IMG/VR virus record: IMGVR_UViG_3300023106_000012
Location: 1 to 57,157 of that record
Reading direction: 5' to 3' (one strand)
Source of the DNA: a virus
Length of the DNA: 57,157 nucleotides
Every line of letters begins with the position of its first letter. The stretch's first letter is position 1. Position numbers and translations under genes: made by a program. The notes under the pieces are model-generated. The model was given only the letters and a program-made list of their open reading frames with translations. It was not told the origin of the DNA and searched no databases. Shown piece by piece: positions 50,686-57,157 of this stretch.

Positions 50686-50892
50686 CTAAACATTTTTTTG
50701 ATTGTCGTTTATCAGATTGATTATTTCGCTCGGAGTATCTTGCACTTGTAAAAACTCCTCACCATGAAATATAATTTTTGTTGTGCCGGCGTCCTGGTGT
50801 AGCTCTTGTATAAAATTATAATTTACGTAAGTATATCCTTGTCGGTCGAATACTCTCACAGCAATAAAACCGTTTGCTTTTGCTAAATTCAT
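50686..50892 (-). CDS. hypothetical protein
   Basis: 68 aa ORF. Confidence 0.55.
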   Translation of the reverse strand: MNLAKANGFIAVRVFDRQGYTYVNYNFIQELHQDAGTTKIIFHGEEFLQVQDTPSEIINLINDNQKNV

Positions 50893-50935
50893 AATTTAAA
50901 TTTAAAAGAGGGGGCGGGTCTCGCCCCCTGGGTTA

Positions 50936-51199
50936 CTACTTATTTTTAAGAGCTTCAACGTGGGCGTTCTTTTCGGCCTCGAGCAAATAATCCTCCCAGT
51001 CGGTAGGCGTTTTTTTATTCAGCTCATTCCATTCGGCTCTAAGATTTGCCCGTCTCTCTGAAAATTCAGGATAGTAGGCTCGATAAGTTTGTCTTAAATA
51101 AGCTGATAGCGTTCCGAATTGCGTGTCTGCCAATTCTCTTGCCTCCTCGATTGTAACCGGTCGGCCGAGCATGGCCTCAAAAGTCTTTTGTAAGTTCAT
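50936..51199 (-). CDS. hypothetical protein
   Basis: 87 aa, helical. Confidence 0.6.
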   Translation of the reverse strand: MNLQKTFEAMLGRPVTIEEARELADTQFGTLSAYLRQTYRAYYPEFSERRANLRAEWNELNKKTPTDWEDYLLEAEKNAHVEALKNK

Positions 51200-51238
51200 A
51201 ATGATTTTTTAAATGGGCGCCCGGGAGCGCCCTGGTTA

Positions 51239-51418
51239 TTAATGTGATTTCCTTGTATCGTTAAACCTGGCTTGTAGGCCTGGCATTGTAAAGAAAGGTA
51301 GCCCCTCGATTTCCCTAAGCTCATTCATTTGGTTAAATAGCTCGTATACTTTTTTGTGGTTTGGCTTAGGGGCTGCAAATCTTTTGTTCATTTCCTTTTG
51401 TACTTGTAATGCTGACAT
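51239..51418 (-). CDS. small basic hypothetical protein
   Basis: 59 aa from ATG 51418 (MSALQVQ). The ORF-track start 51448 would lie inside the -7 box. Confidence 0.5.
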   Translation of the reverse strand: MSALQVQKEMNKRFAAPKPNHKKVYELFNQMNELREIEGLPFFTMPGLQARFNDTRKSH

Positions 51419-51445
51419 AATGTTTTTCGCTTTATTATTATACCT

Positions 51446-51499
51446 CAAAATTAAGTATAATATTTTATACTCACAAATAAAAAGTATAATATTTTATAC
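51446..51499 (-). promoter_or_regulatory. promoter with two GTATAA-N4-TTATAC operators
   Basis: -7 TAATTTTG at 51446..51453 and -33 TTTG at 51474..51477. An identical 18-mer, AAGTATAATATTTTATAC, sits at 51453..51470 (in the spacer) and at 51482..51499 (upstream), 29 bp apart. Confidence 0.65.
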
Positions 51500-51503
51500 C
51501 CAA

Positions 51504-51530
51504 TAAAAAAGCCAGGCGTTTCGGCCTGGC
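51504..51530 (-). terminator. intrinsic terminator
   Basis: GCCAGGC-cgaaac-GCCTGGC followed by a T6 run. Confidence 0.75.
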
Positions 51531-51555
51531 TCACTTGAACAAAATACCCCTATTT

Positions 51556-51969
51556 TTATTCAAGTATATTTATAAACGATGGGCAAATATAAAACAGAGT
51601 TGAGTAATTTGAATTTGCTATATTAATAATATTGGCGTGCTCTACCAATATTCGTGCGGTTCCTGAAAATGGTAAATCCAAATCAAACAGCTCTTTAATT
51701 TCGGCATAGGAAATATCTGCATAGTAATACACAGCTTTCAATTTACCGGACCAATTTGATTTTAAGGTGAACTCTTTACCGTTTAGAGTTATTCTTAACT
51801 GCCAGGGGTTTTCCGTTATAACTTCTTTCCAAACTTTTGACACATCGGACACCGCGCTCCCGGCGTGGGCATCGTGGGCGGTTGACCTGGGTAAGATAGA
51901 GTAATCGACCTCTTTGTTTAAAGCCTGGGTTACCGCGCCGCTTCTCAAGTGTGATATTTGTGTTTTCAT
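51556..51969 (-). CDS. hypothetical protein
   Basis: 137 aa ORF. Confidence 0.65.
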   Translation of the reverse strand: MKTQISHLRSGAVTQALNKEVDYSILPRSTAHDAHAGSAVSDVSKVWKEVITENPWQLRITLNGKEFTLKSNWSGKLKAVYYYADISYAEIKELFDLDLPFSGTARILVEHANIINIANSNYSTLFYICPSFINILE

Positions 51970-51999
51970 AAATTTTATTTATTGTAAAAGCTCATATTA

Positions 52000-52173
52000 T
52001 TATTTCAGTCTTTTTATTTCTGAAATTCCGATGTAAAAACTATCCCCAACATTTAAATTTTTAAGTTCCAACATTTCGGTTTCAGTCAAAGGCTCGACGC
52101 CCTCGCAAGTATTCTCGGCTATAAAACTTTCAATACTGCATTCAAACTCGTTATCTATTAAAATAGTGGCCAT
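52000..52173 (-). CDS. small acidic protein (below the ORF-track cutoff)
   Basis: Hand-translated 57 aa: MATILIDNEFECSIESFIAENTCEGVEPLTETEMLELKNLNVGDSFYIGISEIKRLK. First gene after the operator-bearing promoter. Confidence 0.45.
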   Translation of the reverse strand: MATILIDNEFECSIESFIAENTCEGVEPLTETEMLELKNLNVGDSFYIGISEIKRLK

Positions 52174-52198
52174 AATTTTTATTTTTTTAATTATAGAC

Positions 52199-52254
52199 CA
52201 AAGATAGTATAAAATACAATACTCACAAATATTTAAGTATAAATATTTATACTT
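52199..52254 (-). promoter_or_regulatory. promoter with two related operators
   Basis: -7 TATCTTTG at 52199..52206 and -33 TTTG at 52226..52229. A degenerate operator GTATAAAATACAATAC lies in the spacer (52207..52222). A perfect 20-bp palindrome AAGTATAAATATTTATACTT lies at 52235..52254. The centres are about 30 bp apart. Confidence 0.65.
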
Positions 52255-52284
52255 AAATAGATAAAATTATTATTTATAAGCCTT

Positions 52285-52312
52285 AAAAAAAAGCCAACAC
52301 TAAGGTTGGCTT
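52285..52312 (-). terminator. intrinsic terminator overlapping the terS stop
   Basis: AAGCCAAC-cttagt-GTTGGCTT followed by a T8 run. The TAG stop lies in the loop. Confidence 0.75.
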
Positions 52313-52932
52313 TGATTTTGGTCGGTTCCTGGCCCGCTATCGTCGGCTTGCTTGCCCATGTTGACGAGCGGCCGGTTGTTGTGAGGCATACGTATAATAA
52401 CGTTGTTTTGCACCGGCTCGAACTTGCCGCCGTTGTTTTTGTGATTGACTTCTATCTTGCCCCTCATTCCTAGCTCCTGGCTTATGAGGTTGCCGTTTAA
52501 GAGGCCGGCAGCGGCTCCCGTAAACTTTTGGGTAAATATACAGTCCTCTACCCATGTTATGACTGTAGCAAATTCGGTATTGAGTTTAAACTTTTTTTGG
52601 TCGACCTCGCCCTTTGGGTCAGCAAGTAAGGCCTCCTCAACCCTGGCTTTGAACTGACCAAAGTAGCGGTTGTTTACCCCTAAAAATATACAAAGGCCTT
52701 TCATAGTCATAGCTTGCATTTTGGGTACCATTATGACCTTGCCGTCATGTACGGCGGCCGATGGGAGCGGGTTATCTTGCACCCACACAAAATACTCGAT
52801 AACCGCGTCCTTGAGTATCTTTGGCGTCTTAAACATTTTATCGATGCCGTGCTTTGTCCTTGCCTCCCAAAATCTATTTCCCGGCTTAAATTTCGTTTCG
52901 TCCTGGGTGCGTTTGTTTTTATCGTTTTCCAT
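52300..52932 (-). CDS. terS: terminase small subunit (GP3_package-like, tentative)
   Basis: 210 aa. KPGNRFWEARTKHGIDKMFKTPKILKDAVIEYFVWVQDNPL ... MTMKGLCIFLGV ... GAAAGLLNGNLI matches my recollection of the gp3-type small terminase. Confidence 0.6.
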   Translation of the reverse strand: MENDKNKRTQDETKFKPGNRFWEARTKHGIDKMFKTPKILKDAVIEYFVWVQDNPLPSAAVHDGKVIMVPKMQAMTMKGLCIFLGVNNRYFGQFKARVEEALLADPKGEVDQKKFKLNTEFATVITWVEDCIFTQKFTGAAAGLLNGNLISQELGMRGKIEVNHKNNGGKFEPVQNNVIIRMPHNNRPLVNMGKQADDSGPGTDQNQSQP

Positions 52933-52955
52933 AGTTATATAAATTTTCCTTATAG

Positions 52956-52963
52956 CAAAGGTA
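52956..52963 (-). promoter_or_regulatory. -7 box TACCTTTG upstream of terS
   Basis: 23 nt upstream of ATG 52932. The upstream ATTATAAAAGTAT matches promoter member C. Confidence 0.5.
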
Positions 52964-52992
52964 AATAATAATTAACATACTTTTATAATAGC

Positions 52993-53018
52993 AAAAAGCC
53001 CCTGGTTACAGAGGCTTT
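52993..53018 (-). terminator. imperfect hairpin terminator
   Basis: AAGCCtCT-loop-AGgGGCTT (one mismatch) followed by a T5 run. Confidence 0.45.
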
Positions 53019-53022
53019 AAGT

Positions 53023-53253
53023 TTAACAATCTATATTTGAAAAGAGAGGGGCACCGCATTTACAACAGGTAACCTCATAATCCTCATTTGCATAATCTTG
53101 AAAATATCCGCATTCGTTGCCGTCCTCAAAACCAATCTCCTCGGAAAACTCTCTATTTTCGTTTATTTCTGCCATTCTTTTCTCAACACAAGGAAAGCAA
53201 TAATAAGTACTACCATCCTCGTAAAAAATCCAATTTGCAAGTGCTTTATTCAT
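53023..53253 (-). CDS. Cys-rich zinc-ribbon-like protein
   Basis: 76 aa. CFPC ... CCKCG. Confidence 0.6.
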   Translation of the reverse strand: MNKALANWIFYEDGSTYYCFPCVEKRMAEINENREFSEEIGFEDGNECGYFQDYANEDYEVTCCKCGAPLFSNIDC

Positions 53254-53257
53254 ACTG

Positions 53258-53461
53258 TTATCTTGTTTCGGTTGATTGAGTTATATCAAAATAAATCGGT
53301 TCTTTTTTTTCACGCCTAAAATGCCTGTCTCCAATTTCCATTAACCAAAAAACATTTTTACGTGTAACTCTTGTCGCTTTAAAAGTCCAACCGATATAAG
53401 GCTCCAACCATGTATCATAAGCCTCCTCGTTTACGGTTATATCCGCTACATATCTTGCCAT
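53258..53461 (-). CDS. hypothetical protein
   Basis: 67 aa ORF. Confidence 0.55.
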   Translation of the reverse strand: MARYVADITVNEEAYDTWLEPYIGWTFKATRVTRKNVFWLMEIGDRHFRREKKEPIYFDITQSTETR

Positions 53462-53470
53462 AGTTTTTCT

Positions 53471-53617
53471 TTAAAGGCTTTCGCCTGATTGGGTTAAACA
53501 TTCGTGAAACTCTATTTCATCGCCTTGAAAATTAACTTTTATAGTTTTCCCACATTTTTTACATGTATTACTATAACCCTGAAAACTACCATCCGGTAAT
53601 ATATCTGCCATACTCAT
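53471..53617 (-). CDS. small zinc-ribbon-like protein (below the ORF-track cutoff)
   Basis: Hand-translated 48 aa: MSMADILPDGSFQGYSNTCKKCGKTIKVNFQGDEIEFHECLTQSGESL. Confidence 0.4.
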   Translation of the reverse strand: MSMADILPDGSFQGYSNTCKKCGKTIKVNFQGDEIEFHECLTQSGESL

Positions 53618-53627
53618 TATTTTTAAA

Positions 53628-53645
53628 GGGCGGCGTTAACCGCCC
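53628..53645 (-). terminator. GC-rich hairpin, end of the junction-spanning early operon
   Basis: GGGCGG-ttaacg-CCGCCC followed by TTTAAAAAT. The U-tract is weak. Confidence 0.45.
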
Positions 53646-53675
53646 GTGGTTAGCTAATTTGATATTATTTAATTC

Positions 53676-54017
53676 TTACCTCAAAATATCCTTAACCTTA
53701 TCTTTTATTTCGGCCTCGATTTCTTTCCAGTGATTTGTGTAAGCATATAGCAGCTTATCAATAAACTCAATACGAACCTGGGTATAATCTGAGCCGGTCG
53801 GCCAATAGTAATGTTGGTTTTCCGGTATATCCTTAGGCCGGTTTATAGCCAAGGCGCTCACTATCTTTATGCCCTCGGCAACTGTAAAGACCCTATTGAT
53901 AACCAACCGGTCAACAAAATTGCATATACCGTAAATGCCAAAACCGCGCTCTTTGGCCTCGGCAAGCAATATGGTGAACAATTCCACACAAGTCCTAAGT
54001 CCGCTTTGTGTTGCCAT
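53676..54017 (-). CDS. hypothetical protein; paralog of the 430..858 product
   Basis: 113 aa from ATG 54017 (ORF track 54071). GICNFVDRLV ... HYYWP ... RIEFIDKLL. Confidence 0.65.
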   Translation of the reverse strand: MATQSGLRTCVELFTILLAEAKERGFGIYGICNFVDRLVINRVFTVAEGIKIVSALAINRPKDIPENQHYYWPTGSDYTQVRIEFIDKLLYAYTNHWKEIEAEIKDKVKDILR

Positions 54018-54019
54018 AA

Positions 54020-54427
54020 TCAGTATAGCGGCATTGGCCGGCAAATTGGTTTTACATAGTGAGTTATCCACCCCTTTTCAAACCAGTTAACAAGGTGCTT
54101 GCCATCCACAATATCAAAGGTTGCATTGTCTATATGGCAAACATGTATTGCCCTGGCATCGGTGTCAGCATACTCTTGTATCTCTTCAATGGAGTTTATG
54201 CGTGTCCATCCGTTATTTATTTCCAAACCTCTGAGAGACCACGGGCGCCATACACGGTGCCCACTCTCCAATTTTTTAACCTGGTCTTTTGGGTGCTTCA
54301 GGCTATACATACCAATGCACCAACCTCCCAAGTCAGTGATATAGTTTTGAACTTTCGGCCATCGGTCCGGACCATATTCTTTCTCGAATATTTTAGAGGC
54401 TTGCTCTAATGTGAGTTTTTGCTCCAT
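54020..54427 (-). CDS. hypothetical protein
   Basis: 135 aa from ATG 54427 (MEQKLTLEQ; ORF track 54451). Confidence 0.65.
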   Translation of the reverse strand: MEQKLTLEQASKIFEKEYGPDRWPKVQNYITDLGGWCIGMYSLKHPKDQVKKLESGHRVWRPWSLRGLEINNGWTRINSIEEIQEYADTDARAIHVCHIDNATFDIVDGKHLVNWFEKGWITHYVKPICRPMPLY

Positions 54428-54428
54428 T

Positions 54429-54824
54429 TTATTCAGTGGTTTCTGTATCACCGGTTATAAGCCCAAAGTGCTCGGTAACGGCTTCAATACCAATGTGGTC
54501 AAGTAAACGCCCTATACCGCCGTGTGCAACTAAGGTGGCAATACTATAGTAATTTAAAACCTCGGCCTCATCCATGTGCTTTAATAAATCTTTTGCCTCA
54601 AAAATACCGGTAACCCAGTCGGAACCGATTGCCTCGGCAAGCTTCTCGTCATCCAGGGCGTCAACAATCTCTTGAGTTTCAAAATGCTCGGCAATTTGAG
54701 TGGTGGTGAATTTCGCTAAAATATCCGACGGGTCTATATCAGTTATCTCAAGGGAAATTTTATTGTTGTAGCCGCCGCTTATTTCAACCGTCTTGGCTTC
54801 AAAATTTAAATTAATTTTTTCCAT
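54429..54824 (-). CDS. strongly acidic hypothetical protein
   Basis: 131 aa. Hand count is about 27 D/E against 8 K/R. Confidence 0.65.
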   Translation of the reverse strand: MEKINLNFEAKTVEISGGYNNKISLEITDIDPSDILAKFTTTQIAEHFETQEIVDALDDEKLAEAIGSDWVTGIFEAKDLLKHMDEAEVLNYYSIATLVAHGGIGRLLDHIGIEAVTEHFGLITGDTETTE

Positions 54825-54826
54825 AA

Positions 54827-55234
54827 TTATAATTTGTTAGGTATGCCGACAAGATACGTCGGCGGGGTTAGCATTTTAAAATCTGTGGGTTTCCATAAAT
54901 GGAGGCAAAAATCGTGATTGCTCACATAGTCCTCCTGGGCGGGGTGGTATTGTACAACAACCTCGTCTTTGTTCCAAAATTGGTCTTTTATCCAACACAT
55001 TTCTAACCAGGTCGGACACCTGTGAGCCGGTTTACCCTTTTGGCCAACCGTTACGCTCACGTGCTCCCAACCCTCCCCGTCGGATATTAGCAGGTAAAAT
55101 ATATACCCTGCAATTTTGTAATGTGGGATTTCAAAGACCCCGTTGTTGCCGTCATTGGCAGTCGTTCCAAAAACGCCGTGCCTTACTCTGTAAATTTCCG
55201 GTACTTTCATTTTATAAATGTTTAAAAAATTCAA
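54827..55234 (-). CDS. conserved phage protein of unknown function (WEHVSV...PTW.EM...LHLW family)
   Basis: 135 aa. GEGWEHVSVTVG ... RCPTWLEMCWIKDQFW ... VVQYHP ... CLHLWKP, a pattern I recall from many prophages. Confidence 0.65.
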   Translation of the reverse strand: MNFLNIYKMKVPEIYRVRHGVFGTTANDGNNGVFEIPHYKIAGYIFYLLISDGEGWEHVSVTVGQKGKPAHRCPTWLEMCWIKDQFWNKDEVVVQYHPAQEDYVSNHDFCLHLWKPTDFKMLTPPTYLVGIPNKL

Positions 55235-56288
55235 CTACTGTATCTACATTCCAACCGTTACCAATGGCCTCATATCTTTTTGTGTCAGGGGCACCAAAAG
55301 TATAATTATCCGGCAAAGTTTGAAGCCTTTCACATTCTATAGGGGTTAATTTCCTAATCAAATCATCTTTATCCGGGTATATTGCTGTACGGCCTGAAAA
55401 AGTTGTTAATGCTGTGCTTTTCCCATGAGCGCTAAAAATACGATGCTGCATTTTAGGTTGATTTGTACTGCATCCGCTATAGGGGTTAATTTGGTTTACT
55501 TTTGACCTTTGTATTAAAACATTATAAGGAACCCCTTTTTTAAAATTAGCTGTTATACAAGCACTCTTTGCTTTATTTGTGTCTGAATGATGTGCAAAAT
55601 CCCAATGATTTCGACCACCATTAACAACTCTATTCATATAGTTTATAGCAGCCTCGGAATGATAATATTTATCCTCAACATTGTGCTGTAAAATATCGAG
55701 TAAAACAATATCCTTATCTTTAGGCATAACGAAGCCCTCTATATTTGTCCAATAAAGCCTTACTCTATTTTGAGCCGATACTAATGCGCTATTGACTTCT
55801 ATAGGTTGCACGCCGAGTATTTTTGAAATTACATCTTGATACTCTTTTTTCATTTTTACGTTTTCAAGTAAAAATTTTACATTTGGATTTTTTGCCTTAA
55901 TCTCCTCTAAAATCCTAACAAATTCAAAAAACAACTTGCTTTGAGGATGGTCGAAATTTAATTGATTTCCTGCTATTGAAAACCCTTGACAAGGAGAGCC
56001 GGCAACCAATAAATCAATCCATGTATCTTCCCAATCTATATGCTGTAATTGAATAACATCACCTACCTGAATAGTATCAGGATAATTTTTTTGAGCAATT
56101 AATATAGATTTCTTTTCTATTTCAGAGGCATAATATTTAACTACATTTTTTCCTGCTTTTTCAAGGGCAACACGTGCGCAACTTATACCATCAAACAAAG
56201 ACAAAACATTTATGCCCTTATTTCCTATATCATTAATAGTTTGAGTCATTTTCTTCGGGGTCGTCATATTGATTAAAAACTCTGTCAA
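55212..56288 (-). CDS. dcm: DNA (cytosine-5)-methyltransferase
   Basis: 358 aa. Motif I VLSLFDGIS, motif IV GSPCQGFSIAG, motif VI LLENVKM, plus TPIECERLQTLPDNYT and AIGNGWNV. The true start may be M14 (56249). Confidence 0.9.
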   Translation of the reverse strand: MTEFLINMTTPKKMTQTINDIGNKGINVLSLFDGISCARVALEKAGKNVVKYYASEIEKKSILIAQKNYPDTIQVGDVIQLQHIDWEDTWIDLLVAGSPCQGFSIAGNQLNFDHPQSKLFFEFVRILEEIKAKNPNVKFLLENVKMKKEYQDVISKILGVQPIEVNSALVSAQNRVRLYWTNIEGFVMPKDKDIVLLDILQHNVEDKYYHSEAAINYMNRVVNGGRNHWDFAHHSDTNKAKSACITANFKKGVPYNVLIQRSKVNQINPYSGCSTNQPKMQHRIFSAHGKSTALTTFSGRTAIYPDKDDLIRKLTPIECERLQTLPDNYTFGAPDTKRYEAIGNGWNVDTVVEFFKHL

Positions 56289-57138
56289 TTAGTTCGTTTA
56301 GATAACTCGAGCAAAGTTTTTCAGGAGGTACGCCCCGGATTATTTCTATAAGGGTGGAAAAATATGCAATGTCAACCCCAATAAGTTGCTCCTCTAAGAC
56401 AACAACGTCTTTTAAATCGAGCTCGGAAATTTGGAACATTATTTTAAGTATCTCCCCGGCGTTTATTTTCCAGTTACGTCGTATAAATTTTTTCATACGG
56501 ATAATAGAGGTAAGAGGATAGTGTGAGCCCTGATACTTTAGCTCTTTAGTTATAACGCACTCCAGGGCTTTAACATTGGTAACAAGGCCGTCAGCAAAAG
56601 TAAAGTAGTTTGTGGCATGTATAAAGTCAAAGGTCTCGTGTATCTCCTGCGGGGTGCCGTTGAAGCGTAAAACGATTTGAACATCGTCATTTAGAGAAAT
56701 AGCGTTTTGAGATAAGAAAGCTACGGTATATTTTTCATCAGGACCGGCGGGCTGCATACGCACACCATCGGAGGCAACATTTAGTTTAACCTGGTTGTCT
56801 TTTAACGAAAGGTATCTAACCCTTTGTTGTGCCAAATTATCGGTTTCGTTATCATTATTAAAAACCGTGTCTTGGCTTTGACTAAGATACTCCTGTTTTT
56901 TGCGTCCGTCGAGCACTTGCCCAGGGCAATAATAATTTGCCAATTTTATAAGGACATCCATATCCTGAATGTAAACATCATAATCGTTTACCTTTTCATT
57001 TAGCAGTAAAGAGGTAATTGACCCCCCGCTTACAAGCAAGCTTTTCCGCACCTCTTTTCTAAGGTTTTCGTCTGTGATTGTTTCGAGCCAGTCCTCTAAT
57101 TTTTTAGCTATTACTTTTGCAATTGTTTTGATTAACAT
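56233..57138 (-). CDS. Pol-beta-superfamily nucleotidyltransferase, CCA-adding/poly(A)-polymerase-like head and neck (divergent)
   Basis: 301 aa. LVSGGSITSLLLNEKVNDYDVYI fits hG[GS]x9-13Dh[DE]h and the class II GGxVRDxLLGxxxxDxD head. FDFIHATNYF aligns with RRDFTINA. PLTSIIRMKKFIRRNW aligns with the ED.LR.LRA.RF neck helix. Confidence 0.6.
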   Translation of the reverse strand: MLIKTIAKVIAKKLEDWLETITDENLRKEVRKSLLVSGGSITSLLLNEKVNDYDVYIQDMDVLIKLANYYCPGQVLDGRKKQEYLSQSQDTVFNNDNETDNLAQQRVRYLSLKDNQVKLNVASDGVRMQPAGPDEKYTVAFLSQNAISLNDDVQIVLRFNGTPQEIHETFDFIHATNYFTFADGLVTNVKALECVITKELKYQGSHYPLTSIIRMKKFIRRNWKINAGEILKIMFQISELDLKDVVVLEEQLIGVDIAYFSTLIEIIRGVPPEKLCSSYLNELIDRVFNQYDDPEENDSNY

Positions 57139-57157
57139 AATTTTATTTTTGTTTGTG
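57031..57157. repeat. terminal overlap copy 2, identical to 1..127
   Basis: Exact 127-nt match to the window start. It falls inside the coding sequence of 56233..57138, so the linear ends are arbitrary. Confidence 0.95.

Noticed and set aside
50906-51231. GC-rich hairpins after stop codons (50908..50926, 51214..51231) as a repeated mobile element, because all are followed by TGG(G)TTA-like sequence.
   Set aside because: The stems differ in sequence. The shared flank is only 5-6 nt and includes the stop codon. They are most simply weak terminators or mRNA-stabilising hairpins.
51453-51499. Two identical 18-mers with an 11-bp spacer as a mini CRISPR array.
   Set aside because: There are only two copies and the spacer is far too short. 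Each repeat is an AT-rich palindrome positioned exactly on the -33/-7 spacer of a promoter. The same half-sites recur at a second promoter. An operator explanation fits better.

Overview
The window is a complete, circularly closed tailed dsDNA phage genome of about 57.03 kb. Nucleotides 1..127 are repeated exactly at 57031..57157, so the contig is an arbitrarily linearised circle, and gene 56233..57138 runs through the junction. All of the roughly 94 credible genes lie on the minus strand and are tightly packed, with many TAATG/ATGA stop-start overlaps. The plus-strand ORFs look like antisense artefacts.

The expression signals point to a Bacteroidota host. About 20 intergenic TAnnTTTG -7 boxes are present, often with TTTG 18-20 nt upstream, and there are no Shine-Dalgarno sequences. 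Starts are A-rich and the secreted proteins carry Flavobacteriia-style signal peptides.

Modules in transcription order (descending coordinates):
- Early operon crossing the junction (1053 -> 1, then 57157 -> 53676): CCA-adding-like nucleotidyltransferase, C5-cytosine methyltransferase and an acidic protein.
- Block of small genes carrying TerS (52300..52932) and two operator-controlled promoters.
- Accessory cassette array: retropepsin-like protease, lipoprotein, and an MmcB-like nuclease paired with an HExxH protein.
- TerL and portal.
- A 3.2-kb island with an early-type promoter, inserted between portal and scaffold: PAPS-reductase-like PP-loop enzyme and a 2-TM protein.
- Scaffold, decoration protein, capsid, neck, tail and a 1569-aa tape measure, followed by baseplate proteins and a fibre.
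- Membrane-protein-rich lysis region with an amidase-LysM endolysin.
- Three early operons for recombination and replication: YqaJ exonuclease plus annealing protein, DnaD-like and DnaC-like proteins, RuvC, NinG, DUF5131, ASCH-like protein, DUF3127-type SSB, SMC-like ATPase, SPPY methyltransferase and DnaQ exonuclease.

I found no integrase, tRNA, CRISPR array or reverse transcriptase. No homology search was run. Family names come from motifs read in the translations and need HMM or structure confirmation. I cannot name one validated new system; the strongest candidates are in the findings.
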